A DNA stretch of 54,626 bases from an uncultured Alphaproteobacteria bacterium (GTDB lineage: Bacteria; Pseudomonadota; Alphaproteobacteria; HIMB59; GCA-002718135): the NCBI GenBank assembly GCA_902512415.1, contig CABXJB010000002.1, positions 1-54,626 on the forward strand. Reading direction: 5' to 3'. This document shows, piece after piece, positions 9,805 through 21,091 of the stretch. Each line of letters starts with the position of its first letter. The stretch's first letter is position 1. The notes below the pieces were generated by a model. The model saw only the letters and a program-made list of their open reading frames with translations, was not told where the DNA came from and made no database searches. The translations under genes and the position numbers were made by a program.

Positions 9805-10314
9805 CTAATCCTGCTTTAAACCCACTACTTCAGATATTTTTTTAGATCTTTTTGCAGCAGTTGATTTTGGTGATTCAGATTGTTTAAATGCATTAAAGGT
9901 TGCCTTAAGCATATTGTGTGGATTTGATGTTCCAGTTGATTTAGCAACAACATCTTTTATACCTAAAGACTCAAAAAGAGCTCTCATTGGTCCTCCAGCA
10001 ATTATTCCAGTTCCCGGTGCTGCAGATCTTAAAACAACTTTACCAGCTCCAAATCTGCCCACAACATCATGATGTAAAGTTCTATTGTCTTTTAGGTGAA
10101 CTCTGACCATTTTATTTTTTGCATCTTCAGTTGCTTTTCTTACTGCTTCAGGAACTTCTTTTGCTTTACCAGTTCCATATCCTACTCTTCCTTTACTATC
10201 ACCAACTATCATAATAGCAGCAAAACCAAATCTTCTTCCGCCCTTAACTACTTTTGCTACTCTATTTATTGTTACTAGATGTTCTCTAAAATCTTTATTA
10301 TCATTATCAATCAT
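9805..10314 (-). CDS. rpsE: 30S ribosomal protein S5
   Basis: 169 aa with [16 protein letters not shown] and [12 protein letters not shown]. Confidence 0.95.
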   Translation of the reverse strand: MIDNDNKDFREHLVTINRVAKVVKGGRRFGFAAIMIVGDSKGRVGYGTGKAKEVPEAVRKATEDAKNKMVRVHLKDNRTLHHDVVGRFGAGKVVLRSAAPGTGIIAGGPMRALFESLGIKDVVAKSTGTSNPHNMLKATFNAFKQSESPKSTAAKRSKKISEVVGLKQD

Positions 10315-10323
10315 AATTATACC

Positions 10324-10659
10324 TTAAAAGTTTAAACCTTCTGCTCTTGCTGAGTCAGCTAGTATTTTTATTAGTCCATGATATTTGTATCCACCCTTAT
10401 CAAAAGCAACATCTTTAATACCTTTGTCCATCAATCTTTTTGCGATAGTTCTTCCAACAATTTCTGCTAATTCTTTTCGTCCATTTTGTGATTTTATTAA
10501 ATCCTTTTCTAGAGTTGAAGCACAAGCAAGAGTTATGCCTTTTGAATCATCAATAACTTGTGCATAGATATGGTTGTTTGATCTAAATATAGAAAGTCTA
10601 TTTCTTGAGGAGACTTTTTTTATCTTATTTCTAATTCTCTTAGTTCTCTTATCAACCAT
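10324..10659 (-). CDS. rplR: 50S ribosomal protein L18
   Basis: 111 aa. [18 protein letters not shown] and [10 protein letters not shown] are typical of uL18. spc-operon position. Confidence 0.95.
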   Translation of the reverse strand: MVDKRTKRIRNKIKKVSSRNRLSIFRSNNHIYAQVIDDSKGITLACASTLEKDLIKSQNGRKELAEIVGRTIAKRLMDKGIKDVAFDKGGYKYHGLIKILADSARAEGLNF

Positions 10660-10670
10660 ATATTAAGCCT

Positions 10671-11204
10671 TTACTTTTTCTTACCTTCTTTTCTAAATAT
10701 AAACTCATTTTCATATTTAATACCTTTACCTTTAAAAGGTTCTGGTTTTCTATATGACCTAATTTTTGCAGCAGTAGCACCTAAAATTTCTTTGTTAAAG
10801 CTTGATAATTTAATTATATTTTGCTTTGGACACTCGATTTTGACTTCTTTAGGTATTTCATGATTGATATCATGACTAAAACCAAGCTGCAAATTAAGGC
10901 TAGTTCCTGAAACACTAGCTCTATATCCCGTTCCATTCAATTCAAGAGTTTTAGAAAAACCTTTGCTAACACCTATCACAATATTGGAAATTAATGATCT
11001 CATTGTTCCCCAATTAGGATTTTGTTTATCTTTTTCTTCTATAGGTTTTACTAAAATTTCATTTTCTAGAATATCAACTGTGTAAAGAGGATCAACTAAT
11101 ATACTCATTTCACCAAGTTTTCCTTTTGCATTAAAGCTTCCATTTTGAAAACTACAAGAAATATCTCTATCGATTTTTATACTATTTTGACCAATTCTTG
11201 ACAT
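10671..11204 (-). CDS. rplF: 50S ribosomal protein L6
   Basis: 177 aa starting MSRIGQNSI, with C-terminal YRKPEPFKGKGIKY. Confidence 0.95.
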   Translation of the reverse strand: MSRIGQNSIKIDRDISCSFQNGSFNAKGKLGEMSILVDPLYTVDILENEILVKPIEEKDKQNPNWGTMRSLISNIVIGVSKGFSKTLELNGTGYRASVSGTSLNLQLGFSHDINHEIPKEVKIECPKQNIIKLSSFNKEILGATAAKIRSYRKPEPFKGKGIKYENEFIFRKEGKKK

Positions 11205-11206
11205 AA

Positions 11207-11605
11207 TTAAAATACCTCGCAGAGTATTTCTCCACCAACATTGTTTTTTCTTGCCTGACTATCAGACATTACACCCTTTGGTGTAGACAAAATTGATATA
11301 CCTAATCCCCCATAAATTTTTGGTAAATCAGATATTTTTGAATATACTCTTATGCCTGGCTTTGAAACCCTCTTAATATTTTTAATAACAGGATCACCAT
11401 TATAATATTTTAAATCAATTTGAATGTTAGAAATACCTTCTCTTACTTCTATATTCTTGAAGTCTCTTATATAGCCCTCTTCCTTGAGCACTGTTAAAAC
11501 ATTTAAATTTAACTTCGATTTATAACATGAAGTAAAAGATTTTCTTGCTTTATGAGCATTTTTTATTCTTGCTAACATATCTGATAATGCATCATTAAAT
11601 GACAT
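11207..11605 (-). CDS. rpsH: 30S ribosomal protein S8
   Basis: 132 aa with DMLARIKNA, LKEEGYI and GGEILCEVF. Confidence 0.95.
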   Translation of the reverse strand: MSFNDALSDMLARIKNAHKARKSFTSCYKSKLNLNVLTVLKEEGYIRDFKNIEVREGISNIQIDLKYYNGDPVIKNIKRVSKPGIRVYSKISDLPKIYGGLGISILSTPKGVMSDSQARKNNVGGEILCEVF

Positions 11606-11615
11606 CTACAACCTC

Positions 11616-11921
11616 CTACCAACTTGACTTAACAACGCCGGGTAAATCACCTGACATTGAAAGCTCCCTGATTTTAATCCTAGAAAGTTCAAACTTTCTA
11701 TATACTCCTCTAGTCCTTCCAGTTAATTTACATCTATTTCTATAACGAATTGACGAACTGTTTCTTGGAAGATCATTTAGTTTATTTTGAAATTTTAATC
11801 TCTCTTCTATTAATAAGTCTTTTTTCATTACACTCTTTTTAAGAGATTTTCTTTTATTACTAAATTTTTTAATAAGTTTTAATCTATTTGAATTTTTCTG
11901 TATTGAACTAAGTTTTGCCAT
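11616..11921 (-). CDS. rpsN: 30S ribosomal protein S14 (long form)
   Basis: 101 aa with C-terminus [41 protein letters not shown]. Confidence 0.95.
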   Translation of the reverse strand: MAKLSSIQKNSNRLKLIKKFSNKRKSLKKSVMKKDLLIEERLKFQNKLNDLPRNSSSIRYRNRCKLTGRTRGVYRKFELSRIKIRELSMSGDLPGVVKSSW

Positions 11922-11928
11922 TTCTCTC

Positions 11929-12480
11929 CTAATTTGTTTCCTTACCTTTAAAAGGCATATTAAAAAATTTTAATAATTCTAAGCTATCTTCATTGTTCTT
12001 AGCAGTTGTACAAATTGTAATATTTAATCCTCTAACTTTATCAATATTGTCATAATTAATTTCAGGAAAAATTATTTGTTCTTTAATCCCAAAAGAATAA
12101 TTTCCATTACCATCAAAACTATTAGTTTCTAAACCTCTAAAATCCCTTATTCTAGGGATGGCAATATTTATTAATCTATCAAGAAATTCATACATTATTT
12201 TATTTCTCAAAGTAACTGAAACACCTAAAGGCATGCCAGCTCTTATTTTAAATCCTGCTATTGCTTTTTTTGCTTTTGTTTTAACTGCTTTTTGACCTGC
12301 GATTAGTGATAATTCTTCTTGAGCTTTATCTACAATTTTTGTGTCATCTTTAGCTTCTCCAAGCCCAATATTCAGAACAATTTTATAAATTTTAGGAACT
12401 TCATGTAAATTTTTACAGTTAAGTTTACTAAATAAACTTTTAGAGATCTCTGATTTATATTGTTCTTGTAATCTACTCAT
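11929..12480 (-). CDS. rplE: 50S ribosomal protein L5
   Basis: 183 aa with [14 protein letters not shown] and [17 protein letters not shown]. Confidence 0.95.
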   Translation of the reverse strand: MSRLQEQYKSEISKSLFSKLNCKNLHEVPKIYKIVLNIGLGEAKDDTKIVDKAQEELSLIAGQKAVKTKAKKAIAGFKIRAGMPLGVSVTLRNKIMYEFLDRLINIAIPRIRDFRGLETNSFDGNGNYSFGIKEQIIFPEINYDNIDKVRGLNITICTTAKNNEDSLELLKFFNMPFKGKETN

Positions 12481-12481
12481 C

Positions 12482-12799
12482 TTATATTTCTTTTCCTGAT
12501 TTTTTATTTATTCTCATTTTTTTACCATCTTTATTAAATATGTAACCCACTCTGATTCCTTTATTTGATGAAGAATCATAAAAAGCAACGTTTGAAAGAT
12601 GGAGCGGCATATCTTTTTCTATAATACCACCTGGCTCGTTATTCCCTGGTTTTTGATGCTTCTTATATTTGTTAATATCTGTTACTATCACCTTCCTTAA
12701 ACCTGGAATTACACGAACAATTTTTCCTCTTTTACCTTTATCCTTTCCTGCTATAACTATGACTTCGTCACCTTTTTTAAGTTTGATTTTATTTTTCAT
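12482..12799 (-). CDS. rplX: 50S ribosomal protein L24
   Basis: 105 aa with KOW motif KKGDEVIVIAGKDKGKRGKI. Confidence 0.95.
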   Translation of the reverse strand: MKNKIKLKKGDEVIVIAGKDKGKRGKIVRVIPGLRKVIVTDINKYKKHQKPGNNEPGGIIEKDMPLHLSNVAFYDSSSNKGIRVGYIFNKDGKKMRINKKSGKEI

Positions 12800-13167
12800 T
12801 AAAGTACCTCTGGCGCTAAACTAATTATTTTCATAAACTTTTTTGTTCTTAATTCCCTAGTTACAGGACCAAAAATTCTTGTTGCTATAGGTTCTTCCTG
12901 TTTGTCTAATAGTACTGCAGCATTTTTATCAAATCTTATTGTAGAACCATCATTACGTGAAAATTCTTTTGATGTTCGAACGACAACAGCCTTAAAAACT
13001 TCACCTTTTTTTACTTTAGCTCTTGGAATCGCATCTTTGATTGAAACAACAATTATGTCTCCTATAGAGGCAAATCTTCTTTTAGAGCCACCTAAAACTT
13101 TAATACACTGGATTTTTCTAGCACCAGAATTATCAGCAACAAATAAGTTAGATTGCATTTGAATCAT
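12799..13167 (-). CDS. rplN: 50S ribosomal protein L14
   Basis: 122 aa starting [27 protein letters not shown]. Confidence 0.95.
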   Translation of the reverse strand: MIQMQSNLFVADNSGARKIQCIKVLGGSKRRFASIGDIIVVSIKDAIPRAKVKKGEVFKAVVVRTSKEFSRNDGSTIRFDKNAAVLLDKQEEPIATRIFGPVTRELRTKKFMKIISLAPEVL

Positions 13168-13169
13168 TT

Positions 13170-13415
13170 TTATAAATTCTCCTCATTATCATTCAAAACA
13201 ATCCATGATTTAAGTTTTGAAATAGGTTTGGATTCAATAATTTTAACGATATCGCCAACTTTAAAAGAATTCTTTTCATCATGAGCATGATATTTTTTTG
13301 ATTGGCTTATAATTTTTTTATACAATTTATGTTGTACTCTCCTTGTAACTCTCACAACTATTGTTTTGTTTGTATTTGAAGAAACTACTGTTCCTGTTAA
13401 TATTCTTTTAGGCAT
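13170..13415 (-). CDS. rpsQ: 30S ribosomal protein S17
   Basis: Contains [19 protein letters not shown] and YHAHDE. The track ORF opens at 13427. The ATG at 13415 (MPKRILTG) gives the usual N-terminus and an ATGCCTAA start/stop overlap with rpmC. Confidence 0.9.
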   Translation of the reverse strand: MPKRILTGTVVSSNTNKTIVVRVTRRVQHKLYKKIISQSKKYHAHDEKNSFKVGDIVKIIESKPISKLKSWIVLNDNEENL

Positions 13416-13599
13416 TACTTTCTCCATTTAACTTTGAGATCTGTGTTTTTAATCTCGATATTTTTACTCGAATATTTTTTATCTCCGATGTTTTTTCAAG
13501 TTGACCAGTTGATTTTTGAAATTTTAAGTTCATAATTGATTTTTTTAAAATCATGATTTCTGATTTTATTTGCTTAATATTTTTTATCTTATCAACCAT
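13408..13599 (-). CDS. rpmC: 50S ribosomal protein L29
   Basis: 63-aa helical K/E-rich ORF in the canonical slot between rplP and rpsQ. Confidence 0.9.
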   Translation of the reverse strand: MVDKIKNIKQIKSEIMILKKSIMNLKFQKSTGQLEKTSEIKNIRVKISRLKTQISKLNGESNA

Positions 13600-14015
13600 T
13601 ATATATTTCTCTCAACAAATTTACATTTAATTGGCAATTTTGCTGCTGCCAATGTCATTGCTCTTCTTGCATCATCAATACTAACTCCATCAACTTCAAA
13701 CATAATCCTGCCTGGCTTAATTCTGCATGCCCAAAATTCATTTGAACCTTTGCCTTTTCCCATCCTAACCTCAGCTGGTTTTTTTGATACGGGTACATCT
13801 GGAAATATTCTAATCCACATTTTACCTGCTCTTTTTAGATGCCTGGTTATTGCCTTTCTTGCAGATTCAATTTGTCTAGATGTTACTCTTTCAGGTTCCA
13901 TAGCTTTTAAACCATAACTTCCATAGTTAAGTGTAAAGTTTCCTTTTGCACTTCCATGAATTCTTCCTTTAAATTGCTTTCTGAATTTTGTTTTTTTGGG
14001 AGATAGCATATTCAT
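13599..14015 (-). CDS. rplP: 50S ribosomal protein L16
   Basis: 138 aa with [16 protein letters not shown] and RMGKGKG. Confidence 0.95.
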   Translation of the reverse strand: MNMLSPKKTKFRKQFKGRIHGSAKGNFTLNYGSYGLKAMEPERVTSRQIESARKAITRHLKRAGKMWIRIFPDVPVSKKPAEVRMGKGKGSNEFWACRIKPGRIMFEVDGVSIDDARRAMTLAAAKLPIKCKFVERNI

Positions 14016-14692
14016 TATCTGACACTCCCTTGTTCAATTTGTTTTTTTTCACTCGCGTAGGGATCTTTACTTAGAATTAAACCTTTATTAATCCAGACCT
14101 TAATACCAACTATTCCATAAGTAGTTTCAGCTTCAGCTGTTGCGTAATCTATATCGCTTCTTAGTGTGTGAAGAGGAACGCTTCCTTCATGATACTTTTC
14201 ATTTCTTGCTATCTCTGCTCCACCTAGTCTACCACTACATAAAATTTTAACTCCTTTAGCTCCAAGTCGCATAGAAGATTGAACACCTTTTTTCATTGCT
14301 CTTCTAAAAGAAACTCTCTTTTCTAATTGACTCGCTATATTTTCGGCAACTAATTTAGCCTCAACCTCAGGCTTTCTAACTTCTTTAATGTCTACAAAAA
14401 CATCTAAGTTAGATAACTTACTTAGCTTATTTTTAAGATCTTCAATATCTGCACCTTTTTTTCCAATTATAATTCCTGGCCTAGAACTATATATTGAAAT
14501 TCTTAATTTTTTTGCTGCTCTTTCAATATTTATTTTTGCAATACTGGCATTTTTTAATTTTTTCTCAACGTAATTCTTAATTTCTAAATCTTGATGTAGA
14601 AATTTCGCATAATCAGATTTAGAGAACCACCTGGAAGACCATGTTTTATTTACACCTAATCTGAAACCATTTGGATTAACTTTTTGACCCAT
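14015..14692 (-). CDS. rpsC: 30S ribosomal protein S3
   Basis: 225 aa starting [13 protein letters not shown], with a KH domain and [10 protein letters not shown]. Confidence 0.95.
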   Translation of the reverse strand: MGQKVNPNGFRLGVNKTWSSRWFSKSDYAKFLHQDLEIKNYVEKKLKNASIAKINIERAAKKLRISIYSSRPGIIIGKKGADIEDLKNKLSKLSNLDVFVDIKEVRKPEVEAKLVAENIASQLEKRVSFRRAMKKGVQSSMRLGAKGVKILCSGRLGGAEIARNEKYHEGSVPLHTLRSDIDYATAEAETTYGIVGIKVWINKGLILSKDPYASEKKQIEQGSVR

Positions 14693-15063
14693 TATTTATC
14701 CTTGCCTTTTTCTATTTTTGATCTTTCTTCAACTATGATAGTGAGTTTACTGAATGGTTTTATAATACTAGAAGCCCTACCTTTAGCTCTAGGTCTAAAT
14801 CTTTTCATTGTTAGACTTTTGCCAACAAATGCTTCTTTAATATAAAGATTATCTATATCTAATTGCTTATTATTTTCCGCATTTGCAATTGCGGCATTTA
14901 AAACTTTCAAAACATTATTAGATATTCTCTTATTTGAAAATTTTAATTGGTTAACAGCATTATTAGCTTTCTTGTTAACTATAGATCTTGCAATATTTGC
15001 AAGTTTAAGAGGGCTTGTCCTAATAGTATTATCTTTTGCTTTTGCTATTAAATCTTGATTCAT
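14692..15063 (-). CDS. rplV: 50S ribosomal protein L22
   Basis: 123 aa between rpsS and rps[22 protein letters not shown] is typical of uL22. Confidence 0.9.
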   Translation of the reverse strand: MNQDLIAKAKDNTIRTSPLKLANIARSIVNKKANNAVNQLKFSNKRISNNVLKVLNAAIANAENNKQLDIDNLYIKEAFVGKSLTMKRFRPRAKGRASSIIKPFSKLTIIVEERSKIEKGKDK

Positions 15064-15338
15064 TTTCCCGCCTTTTTGTCTGCAGCCGTATGGCCCTTAA
15101 AAGTTCTTGTTGGAGAAAACTCTCCAAGCTTATGACCTACCATATGTTCAGTTACACTTACTGGGACAAACTTTTGTCCATTATAAACTCCAAAAGTTAA
15201 ACCAACAAATTGTGGTAATATAGTAGATCTTCGAGACCAAGTTTTAATAACTTCTTTTCTGCCTGAATCTGATATTTTTTTTGCTTTTTTGATCAATGTT
15301 ACATCAACAAAAGGTCCTTTCCATACAGATCTTGTCAT
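15060..15338 (-). CDS. rpsS: 30S ribosomal protein S19
   Basis: 92 aa with [12 protein letters not shown] and [16 protein letters not shown]. Confidence 0.95.
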   Translation of the reverse strand: MTRSVWKGPFVDVTLIKKAKKISDSGRKEVIKTWSRRSTILPQFVGLTFGVYNGQKFVPVSVTEHMVGHKLGEFSPTRTFKGHTAADKKAGK

Positions 15339-16159
15339 TATTTTTTCCTTTTCTTAATTATAAAAACATTAGTTTTTTTATTTCTTCTTGTTTTCTTTCC
15401 TTTAGTAGAAACTCCCCATGGAGTAACTGGGTGCCTTCCGCCTGAAGTTCTTCCTTCACCTCCACCATGTGGGTGATCAACTGGATTCATAACAACCCCT
15501 CTTACTTTTGGTCTTTTGCCTAAATATCTATTTCTTCCAGCCTTACCTAATTTAGTATTTTTATTATCTGGGTTAGACAGTACACCAATTGTTGCCATAG
15601 AATTTTTATTAATAAGTCTTATTTCGCCTGATACTAATTTGATTTGAACGCTAGTTTCCTCTTTTGAAATTATTTGAGCTGATGTTCCAGCAGATCTAAC
15701 AAGTTGACCTCCTGCTCCAGGTTTCATTTCGATATTATGAACACTTGACCCTACAGGTATATTTTTAAGTGGAAGTGTGTTTCCATCTTTAATTTCTACA
15801 TTTTCACCAGATATTATTTTATCTCCTACTTTAAGCGCTTTCGGACAAAGAATATATCTAAATTCTCCATCATCGTATTTAACAAGTGATATAAAAGCAG
15901 ATCTATTAGGATCATATTCGTTTCTTATAACCTCAGCGTTAATATCAAATTTATTTCTCTTAAAATCTATTTCTCTATATTTTCTTTTTACTCTTCCACC
16001 TTTTCGTCTGGATGTAATTCTTCCCTGATTATTTCTACCACCAGATGATGGTATAGGTTTTAGAAGTGATTTAAATGGAGATTCCTTAGATAAATGTTTT
16101 TTTGAAACTAATACTGTACCTCTTTGCCCAGGTGTATTTGGTTTTAGTTTAATCAACAT
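15338..16159 (-). CDS. rplB: 50S ribosomal protein L2
   Basis: 273 aa with [26 protein letters not shown]. Confidence 0.95.
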   Translation of the reverse strand: MLIKLKPNTPGQRGTVLVSKKHLSKESPFKSLLKPIPSSGGRNNQGRITSRRKGGRVKRKYREIDFKRNKFDINAEVIRNEYDPNRSAFISLVKYDDGEFRYILCPKALKVGDKIISGENVEIKDGNTLPLKNIPVGSSVHNIEMKPGAGGQLVRSAGTSAQIISKEETSVQIKLVSGEIRLINKNSMATIGVLSNPDNKNTKLGKAGRNRYLGKRPKVRGVVMNPVDHPHGGGEGRTSGGRHPVTPWGVSTKGKKTRRNKKTNVFIIKKRKK

Positions 16160-16473
16160 TATTTAATCCCCAAAGAAGAGTCTATTGTATTACCTTCAGC
16201 TAGAGTAACGATAGCTTTTTTTTGATCCTTTTTATATCCTAACGAACCTTTAAAGGATTTCAATTTTCCTCTATTTATAAGAGTATTAATTTTAATAACT
16301 TTCACTCTAAATATATTCTCAATGGCTTGTTTTATTTCAGAAGAATTTGAGTCTTTAGATACAAAAAAACTATATTTATTAAATTGATTTAAATTAGTAG
16401 ATTTTTCAGTCATTATTGGGCTTTTTATGAGACTAAGAGCTCGCTGATTTGAAATAATTTTAAATTTTTTCAT
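16159..16473 (-). CDS. rplW: 50S ribosomal protein L23
   Basis: 104 aa with [11 protein letters not shown] and KKAIVTL, in the S10-operon position. Confidence 0.9.
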   Translation of the reverse strand: MKKFKIISNQRALSLIKSPIMTEKSTNLNQFNKYSFFVSKDSNSSEIKQAIENIFRVKVIKINTLINRGKLKSFKGSLGYKKDQKKAIVTLAEGNTIDSSLGIK

Positions 16474-17093
16474 GAGAGCCTCTCTGAAATTTCTTTAATA
16501 GATTTTTCTTCAATGAATATTTTTTCATAAGAAATTATATCTTTTACATTTATTCCTTTATATGAGAGAGAAGATACTCTTGGTAAATTTGATGATGCTT
16601 TTTTGAAGTTTTCATCAATAACCTCACCGCCATAAACAAAGAGAGCTGATTTAAAATTAAATTTAGATAATTTAGAATTTAAATTTTTAGTTTTATGAGT
16701 TTCAATACCAAATGAATTAATAAAGATTATATTATTTTCAGACATTTTTGATGATAAAGCGGACTTCAATGCCAAAACTTTCTCTTTTTTATTAAGAGAT
16801 ATTGAGTGATCTCTATTTACAGGTCCCATTGAAGTTGCCCCGCCTCTAAAGTGTGGTGGTTTACTGCTACCTTGTCTTGCATTACCAGTACCTTTTTGTG
16901 AAAAGGGTTTTTTGGCTCTTCCATTTACTTCAGACCTTGATTTAGTCTTGTGAGAACCTTGTCGAGATTTTGCATTTTGATATCTTAAATATTGATGAAT
17001 TATGTCAGGTAAAACTTTAATGCCCCAGACAGTTTCATTGATATTGATGTCTTTGATTTTTTTATTTTCAAAATTTAAAAGTTCTTTTTTCAT
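16470..17093 (-). CDS. rplD: 50S ribosomal protein L4
   Basis: 207 aa. KKPFSQKGTGNARQGS is typical of uL4. Confidence 0.95.
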   Translation of the reverse strand: MKKELLNFENKKIKDININETVWGIKVLPDIIHQYLRYQNAKSRQGSHKTKSRSEVNGRAKKPFSQKGTGNARQGSSKPPHFRGGATSMGPVNRDHSISLNKKEKVLALKSALSSKMSENNIIFINSFGIETHKTKNLNSKLSKFNFKSALFVYGGEVIDENFKKASSNLPRVSSLSYKGINVKDIISYEKIFIEEKSIKEISERLS

Positions 17094-17095
17094 AT

Positions 17096-17743
17096 TTAAT
17101 TTTTCTTAATTGAGTCCTTAATAATTATTATAGAGTTTTTCTTTCCTGGAACTGACCCTTTTATTACCAGTAAATTATTTACTTTATCTACCTCAACTAC
17201 TTTGAGATTCTGAATAGTTACTTTTTTAGAGCCCATGTGACCTGCCATTTTTTTTCCTTTAAATACCTTACCTGGATCCTGATTTTGCCCTGTAGATCCA
17301 TGAGATCTATGAGAGACAGAAACACCATGCGATGCTCTTAATCCACCAAAATTGTGTCTTTTCATAACTCCAGCAAATCCTTTACCGATGGAAATTGAAG
17401 TAACATCAACATATTGGTCAGGTTTAAAGTGAGAAACGTTTAAAGTTGATCCAACCTCTAATATATTATCCTGATCAACCCTAAATTCTTTAATAACTTT
17501 TTTTGGATTTATATTTAAATTAGCAAATTTTTGTTGTTGAGGTTTTTTTAACTTTTTTATTTCTTTTTTTCCATCAATTGAAACTAATTGAATAGATGAG
17601 TAACCATTTTTTTCAATAGTCTTAATTTCAGACACAACGCACTCATCAATTTTTAATATAGTAACTGGTAAAGATTTACCAAAATCATCGTAAAAAGATG
17701 AGTTACCAATTTTTGTTCCAATTAGTCCAGTTCTTTTTTTCAT
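17096..17743 (-). CDS. rplC: 50S ribosomal protein L3
   Basis: 215 aa with GLIGTKIG, GKGFAGVMKRHNF and SHGS...HRSHGSTG. Confidence 0.95.
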   Translation of the reverse strand: MKKRTGLIGTKIGNSSFYDDFGKSLPVTILKIDECVVSEIKTIEKNGYSSIQLVSIDGKKEIKKLKKPQQQKFANLNINPKKVIKEFRVDQDNILEVGSTLNVSHFKPDQYVDVTSISIGKGFAGVMKRHNFGGLRASHGVSVSHRSHGSTGQNQDPGKVFKGKKMAGHMGSKKVTIQNLKVVEVDKVNNLLVIKGSVPGKKNSIIIIKDSIKKN

Positions 17744-17744
17744 A

Positions 17745-18053
17745 TTAAATCTTAATATCTACTTCTACACCTGCAGATAAATCAAGCTTCATCAATGCAT
17801 CAATTGTTTGAGGAGTGGGATCGATAATATCAATTAATCTATTATGAGTTCTTATTTCAAGTTGGTCACGGCTTTTTTTATCTACGTGTGGAGATTTATT
17901 TACGGTAAATTTTTCATATTTGGTAGGCAGAGGAATTGGTCCTTTAACTTTCGCTCCTGTCCTCTTAGCGGTATTGATAATATCACTTGTGCTATTATCT
18001 AAAAGTGTATTGTCAAATCCTCTTAATCTAATTCTAATATTTTGTGAATCCAT
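17745..18053 (-). CDS. rpsJ: 30S ribosomal protein S10
   Basis: 102 aa with [11 protein letters not shown] and GPIPLPT. Its ATG overlaps the fusA TAA (TAATG). Confidence 0.95.
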   Translation of the reverse strand: MDSQNIRIRLRGFDNTLLDNSTSDIINTAKRTGAKVKGPIPLPTKYEKFTVNKSPHVDKKSRDQLEIRTHNRLIDIIDPTPQTIDALMKLDLSAGVEVDIKI

Positions 18054-20131
18054 TATGCTAATTTTGCCTTTACTTCTTCAGCTACATTTGATGGTACTTG
18101 TTCATAATGATCAAATTGCATTGAATAATTTGCCCTACCTTGTGATAAAGATCTTAAATTGTTAACATATCCAAACATATTTGCTAAAGGAACCATAGCA
18201 TCAACGACATTAGCATTACCTCTCGTAGACATTTCTTGCACTTGACCTCTTCTGCTATTCAGATCACCTATAACGTCACCCATATATTCTTCTGGTGTTA
18301 CAACTTCAACCTTCATCATAGGTTCAAGTAAAACTGGGTTTGCTTTATTTATTCCTTCTCTAAATGCTGCTCTTGAAGCAATTTCAAAAGCTAATACGCT
18401 TGAGTCAACATCATGATATGCTCCGTCAGTAAGAGTTGCTTTGAAATCTATACATGGAAAGCCAGCCATAACTCCAGTTTGTTGCTGAGCTATAAGACCT
18501 TTTTCAACTCCCGGAATAAGTTCAGTTGGAATATTGCCGCCTTTGATTTTATTAATAAATTCATATCCACTTCCTGGCTCACCTGGTTCAAAAGTTATTT
18601 TCACTCTAGCAAACTGACCTGCACCACCAGATTGTTTTTTATGAGTATAATCAACATCAAAAGAGCTAGAAATTGTTTCTCTATAAGCTACTTGAGGTGC
18701 TCCTACGTTAGCCTCAACCTTAAATTCTCTTTTCATTCTATCAACAAGTATTTCTAAATGAAGTTCACCCATTCCTTTTATTATTGTTTGACCACTTTCA
18801 TGATCGGTTGTAACTCTAAAACTTGGGTCCTCTTGGGCTAACCTGCCAAGAGCTGAGCCCATTTTTTCATGATCTGCTTTTGTTTTAGGTTCTACTGCTA
18901 CTTCAATTACTGGATCTGGAAAATCCATTTTCTCAAGTATAATTGGTTGATTAATATCGCACAATGTTTCTCCAGTAGTAACATCTTTTAAACCAACTAA
19001 AGCAACAATATCACCAGCATTAGCTGTTTTTATTTCTTCTCTATTATTTGCATGCATTAAAAGCATTCTTCCTATATTTTCCTTTTTTCCAGAAACTGAA
19101 TTAAGAACTGAATCTTTAGCGTTAATTGTACCAGAATAAATTCTTGTAAATGTTAAACTACCTACGAAAGGGTCTGTCATGATTTTAAATGCAAGTGCAC
19201 TAAAAGGCTCACTATCGTCACAACCTCTAGTAAGTTCTTTATTTTCATCGTTAATATCACTACCTTTTACATTTGCTACATCGATTGGAGATGGCATATA
19301 ATCAATAACAGCATCTAACAATGGCTGAACTCCTTTATTTTTAAAAGCTGAACCAGTAAGAACTGGAACAAATGATCCTTTAATTGTTCCCATCCTGATA
19401 CATTTTTTTAAATCTTCTATTGATGGTTCCCTACCATCAAGATAGCTTTCCATAATTGAATCATCTTCTTCTACTGCTTTTTCAATTAATTTTTCTCTAT
19501 ATTCATTTGCTTTAGTTTTTAAATCTTCAGGAATATCAACAACATCAAATTTAGCACCTAAACTTTCATCTTGCCATATAATTGCGTTATTTGAGACAAG
19601 ATCAACAACACCTTTTAAATTACTTTCAATACCTATTGGTAATTGTAAAACAAGAGGGTAAGAGCCTAATCGATCAGGTATCATATCTACACACATAAAA
19701 AAATTAGCTCCAGTTCTATCTAATTTATTAATAAAACACATTCTTGGAACATTATATTTATCAGCTTGTCTCCATACTGTTTCAGATTGAGGCTCAACAC
19801 CTGCAACCCCATCAAAAATTGCGACTGCTCCATCAAGAACTTTAAGAGATCTCTCAACTTCAATTGTAAAATCAACGTGACCTGGTGTATCAATTATGTT
19901 TATTCTATGATCATTCCAAAAGCATGTTGTTGCCGCAGAAGTAATAGTTATTCCTCTTTCTTGCTCTTGCTCCATCCAATCCATTGTTGCTGCACCATCG
20001 TGAACCTCGCCAATTTTATGAGATTTTCCTGTATAATATAAAATTCTTTCAGTTGTAGTAGTTTTGCCGGCATCAATATGAGCCATGATGCCAATATTTC
20101 GATATTTATCTAATGAATGAGATCTAGACAT
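18053..20131 (-). CDS. fusA: translation elongation factor G
   Basis: 692 aa with G-domain motifs [27 protein letters not shown] and NKLD. Confidence 0.95.
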   Translation of the reverse strand: MSRSHSLDKYRNIGIMAHIDAGKTTTTERILYYTGKSHKIGEVHDGAATMDWMEQEQERGITITSAATTCFWNDHRINIIDTPGHVDFTIEVERSLKVLDGAVAIFDGVAGVEPQSETVWRQADKYNVPRMCFINKLDRTGANFFMCVDMIPDRLGSYPLVLQLPIGIESNLKGVVDLVSNNAIIWQDESLGAKFDVVDIPEDLKTKANEYREKLIEKAVEEDDSIMESYLDGREPSIEDLKKCIRMGTIKGSFVPVLTGSAFKNKGVQPLLDAVIDYMPSPIDVANVKGSDINDENKELTRGCDDSEPFSALAFKIMTDPFVGSLTFTRIYSGTINAKDSVLNSVSGKKENIGRMLLMHANNREEIKTANAGDIVALVGLKDVTTGETLCDINQPIILEKMDFPDPVIEVAVEPKTKADHEKMGSALGRLAQEDPSFRVTTDHESGQTIIKGMGELHLEILVDRMKREFKVEANVGAPQVAYRETISSSFDVDYTHKKQSGGAGQFARVKITFEPGEPGSGYEFINKIKGGNIPTELIPGVEKGLIAQQQTGVMAGFPCIDFKATLTDGAYHDVDSSVLAFEIASRAAFREGINKANPVLLEPMMKVEVVTPEEYMGDVIGDLNSRRGQVQEMSTRGNANVVDAMVPLANMFGYVNNLRSLSQGRANYSMQFDHYEQVPSNVAEEVKAKLA

Positions 20132-20134
20132 TTG

Positions 20135-20605
20135 TTACCACCTAAAATGAGAGAATGCTCTATTCGATTCAGCCATTTTGTGCGTTTCTTCTCTTTTTTT
20201 AACTGCATTTCCTTTATTATTAAATGCATCAAATATTTCATTTGCAACTCTTTCACGCATAGTTTTTTCATTTCTTTTTAATGCAGAATCAACAATCCAT
20301 TTCATAGCAAGGGTCTGAGCTCTTTTTGGCCTCACTTCCATAGGAACTTGATAAGTTGCACCTCCTACTCTTCTTGACCTAACCTCTAAAGAAGGTTTTA
20401 CATTGTTAAGAGCTTCATGAAAAAAATCTATTGGTTCTTTGTCAGTCTTTTTTGAAACTAGATCAAATGCTCCGTAAACAATTTTTTCAGAAATTGATTT
20501 TTTACCGTCAATCATTATCCTATTCATAAATTTAGCTAAAACTATATCTTTAAACTTGTGATCAGGGAGTATGGTTCTTTTTTCTGCTGCTCTTCTTCTA
20601 GACAT
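20135..20605 (-). CDS. rpsG: 30S ribosomal protein S7
   Basis: 156 aa starting [10 protein letters not shown], with C-terminal NRAFSHFRW. Confidence 0.95.
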   Translation of the reverse strand: MSRRRAAEKRTILPDHKFKDIVLAKFMNRIMIDGKKSISEKIVYGAFDLVSKKTDKEPIDFFHEALNNVKPSLEVRSRRVGGATYQVPMEVRPKRAQTLAMKWIVDSALKRNEKTMRERVANEIFDAFNNKGNAVKKREETHKMAESNRAFSHFRW

Positions 20606-20611
20606 AATAAC

Positions 20612-20986
20612 TTACTTTGGTTTCTTAGCCCCATAAAGAGATCTTCTTTGCTTTCTTGTGCTTACACCTTGCGTATCCAAGGTTCCTCTTAATATATGGT
20701 ACCTTACACCGGGTAGATCTTTAACTCTACCACCTCTTAACAAAACTACTGAGTGCTCTTGCAAATTGTGGCCTTCCCCAGGTATATATGCAGAGACCTC
20801 TTGGCCATTAGTCAATTTGACTCTTGCTACTTTTCTTAAAGCTGAATTTGGTTTTTTTGGAGTTGTTGTATAGACTCTAGTACATACACCTCTTTTTTGA
20901 GGGCAAGAAGATAAAGCGGGTACTTTATTTCTTTTCTTTTGAGGGTTGCGGCCCTTACGTACTAGTTGGTTTATAGTAGGCATCAA
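20612..20986 (-). CDS. rpsL: 30S ribosomal protein S12
   Basis: (M)[31 protein letters not shown]. The second Met (20983) may be the real start. Confidence 0.95.
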   Translation of the reverse strand: MMPTINQLVRKGRNPQKKRNKVPALSSCPQKRGVCTRVYTTTPKKPNSALRKVARVKLTNGQEVSAYIPGEGHNLQEHSVVLLRGGRVKDLPGVRYHILRGTLDTQGVSTRKQRRSLYGAKKPK

Positions 20987-21091
20987 TTAGTCCTTTGTTA
21001 AGCGTTTGGAATTTATTTTCCACTACCATCAACAAATGGTAGGGGTCTTTATTAATTCATAGTAAAAAAGTCAAGGAAATATATCAGTTTT

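Noticed and set aside
13570-13917. 115-aa plus-strand ORF
   Set aside because: It is antisense to rplP/rpmC, has no recognisable motifs, and leaves no independent intergenic space. Shadow ORF.
18413-18757. 114-aa plus-strand ORF. The same applies to 19766-20041 and 17920-18165.
   Set aside because: Antisense to fusA/rpsJ, with no motif support.
20987-21091. 7-bp hairpin (ctaccat/atggtag, 21023-21042) and a TTGACT hexamer (minus strand, 21074-21069) in the rpoC-rpsL spacer, as a possible terminator plus str promoter
   Set aside because: The stem is short, AT-containing and lacks a following U-tract. I could not find a convincing -10 at 16-18 nt from the -35-like hexamer. Plausible, but not supportable from sequence alone.
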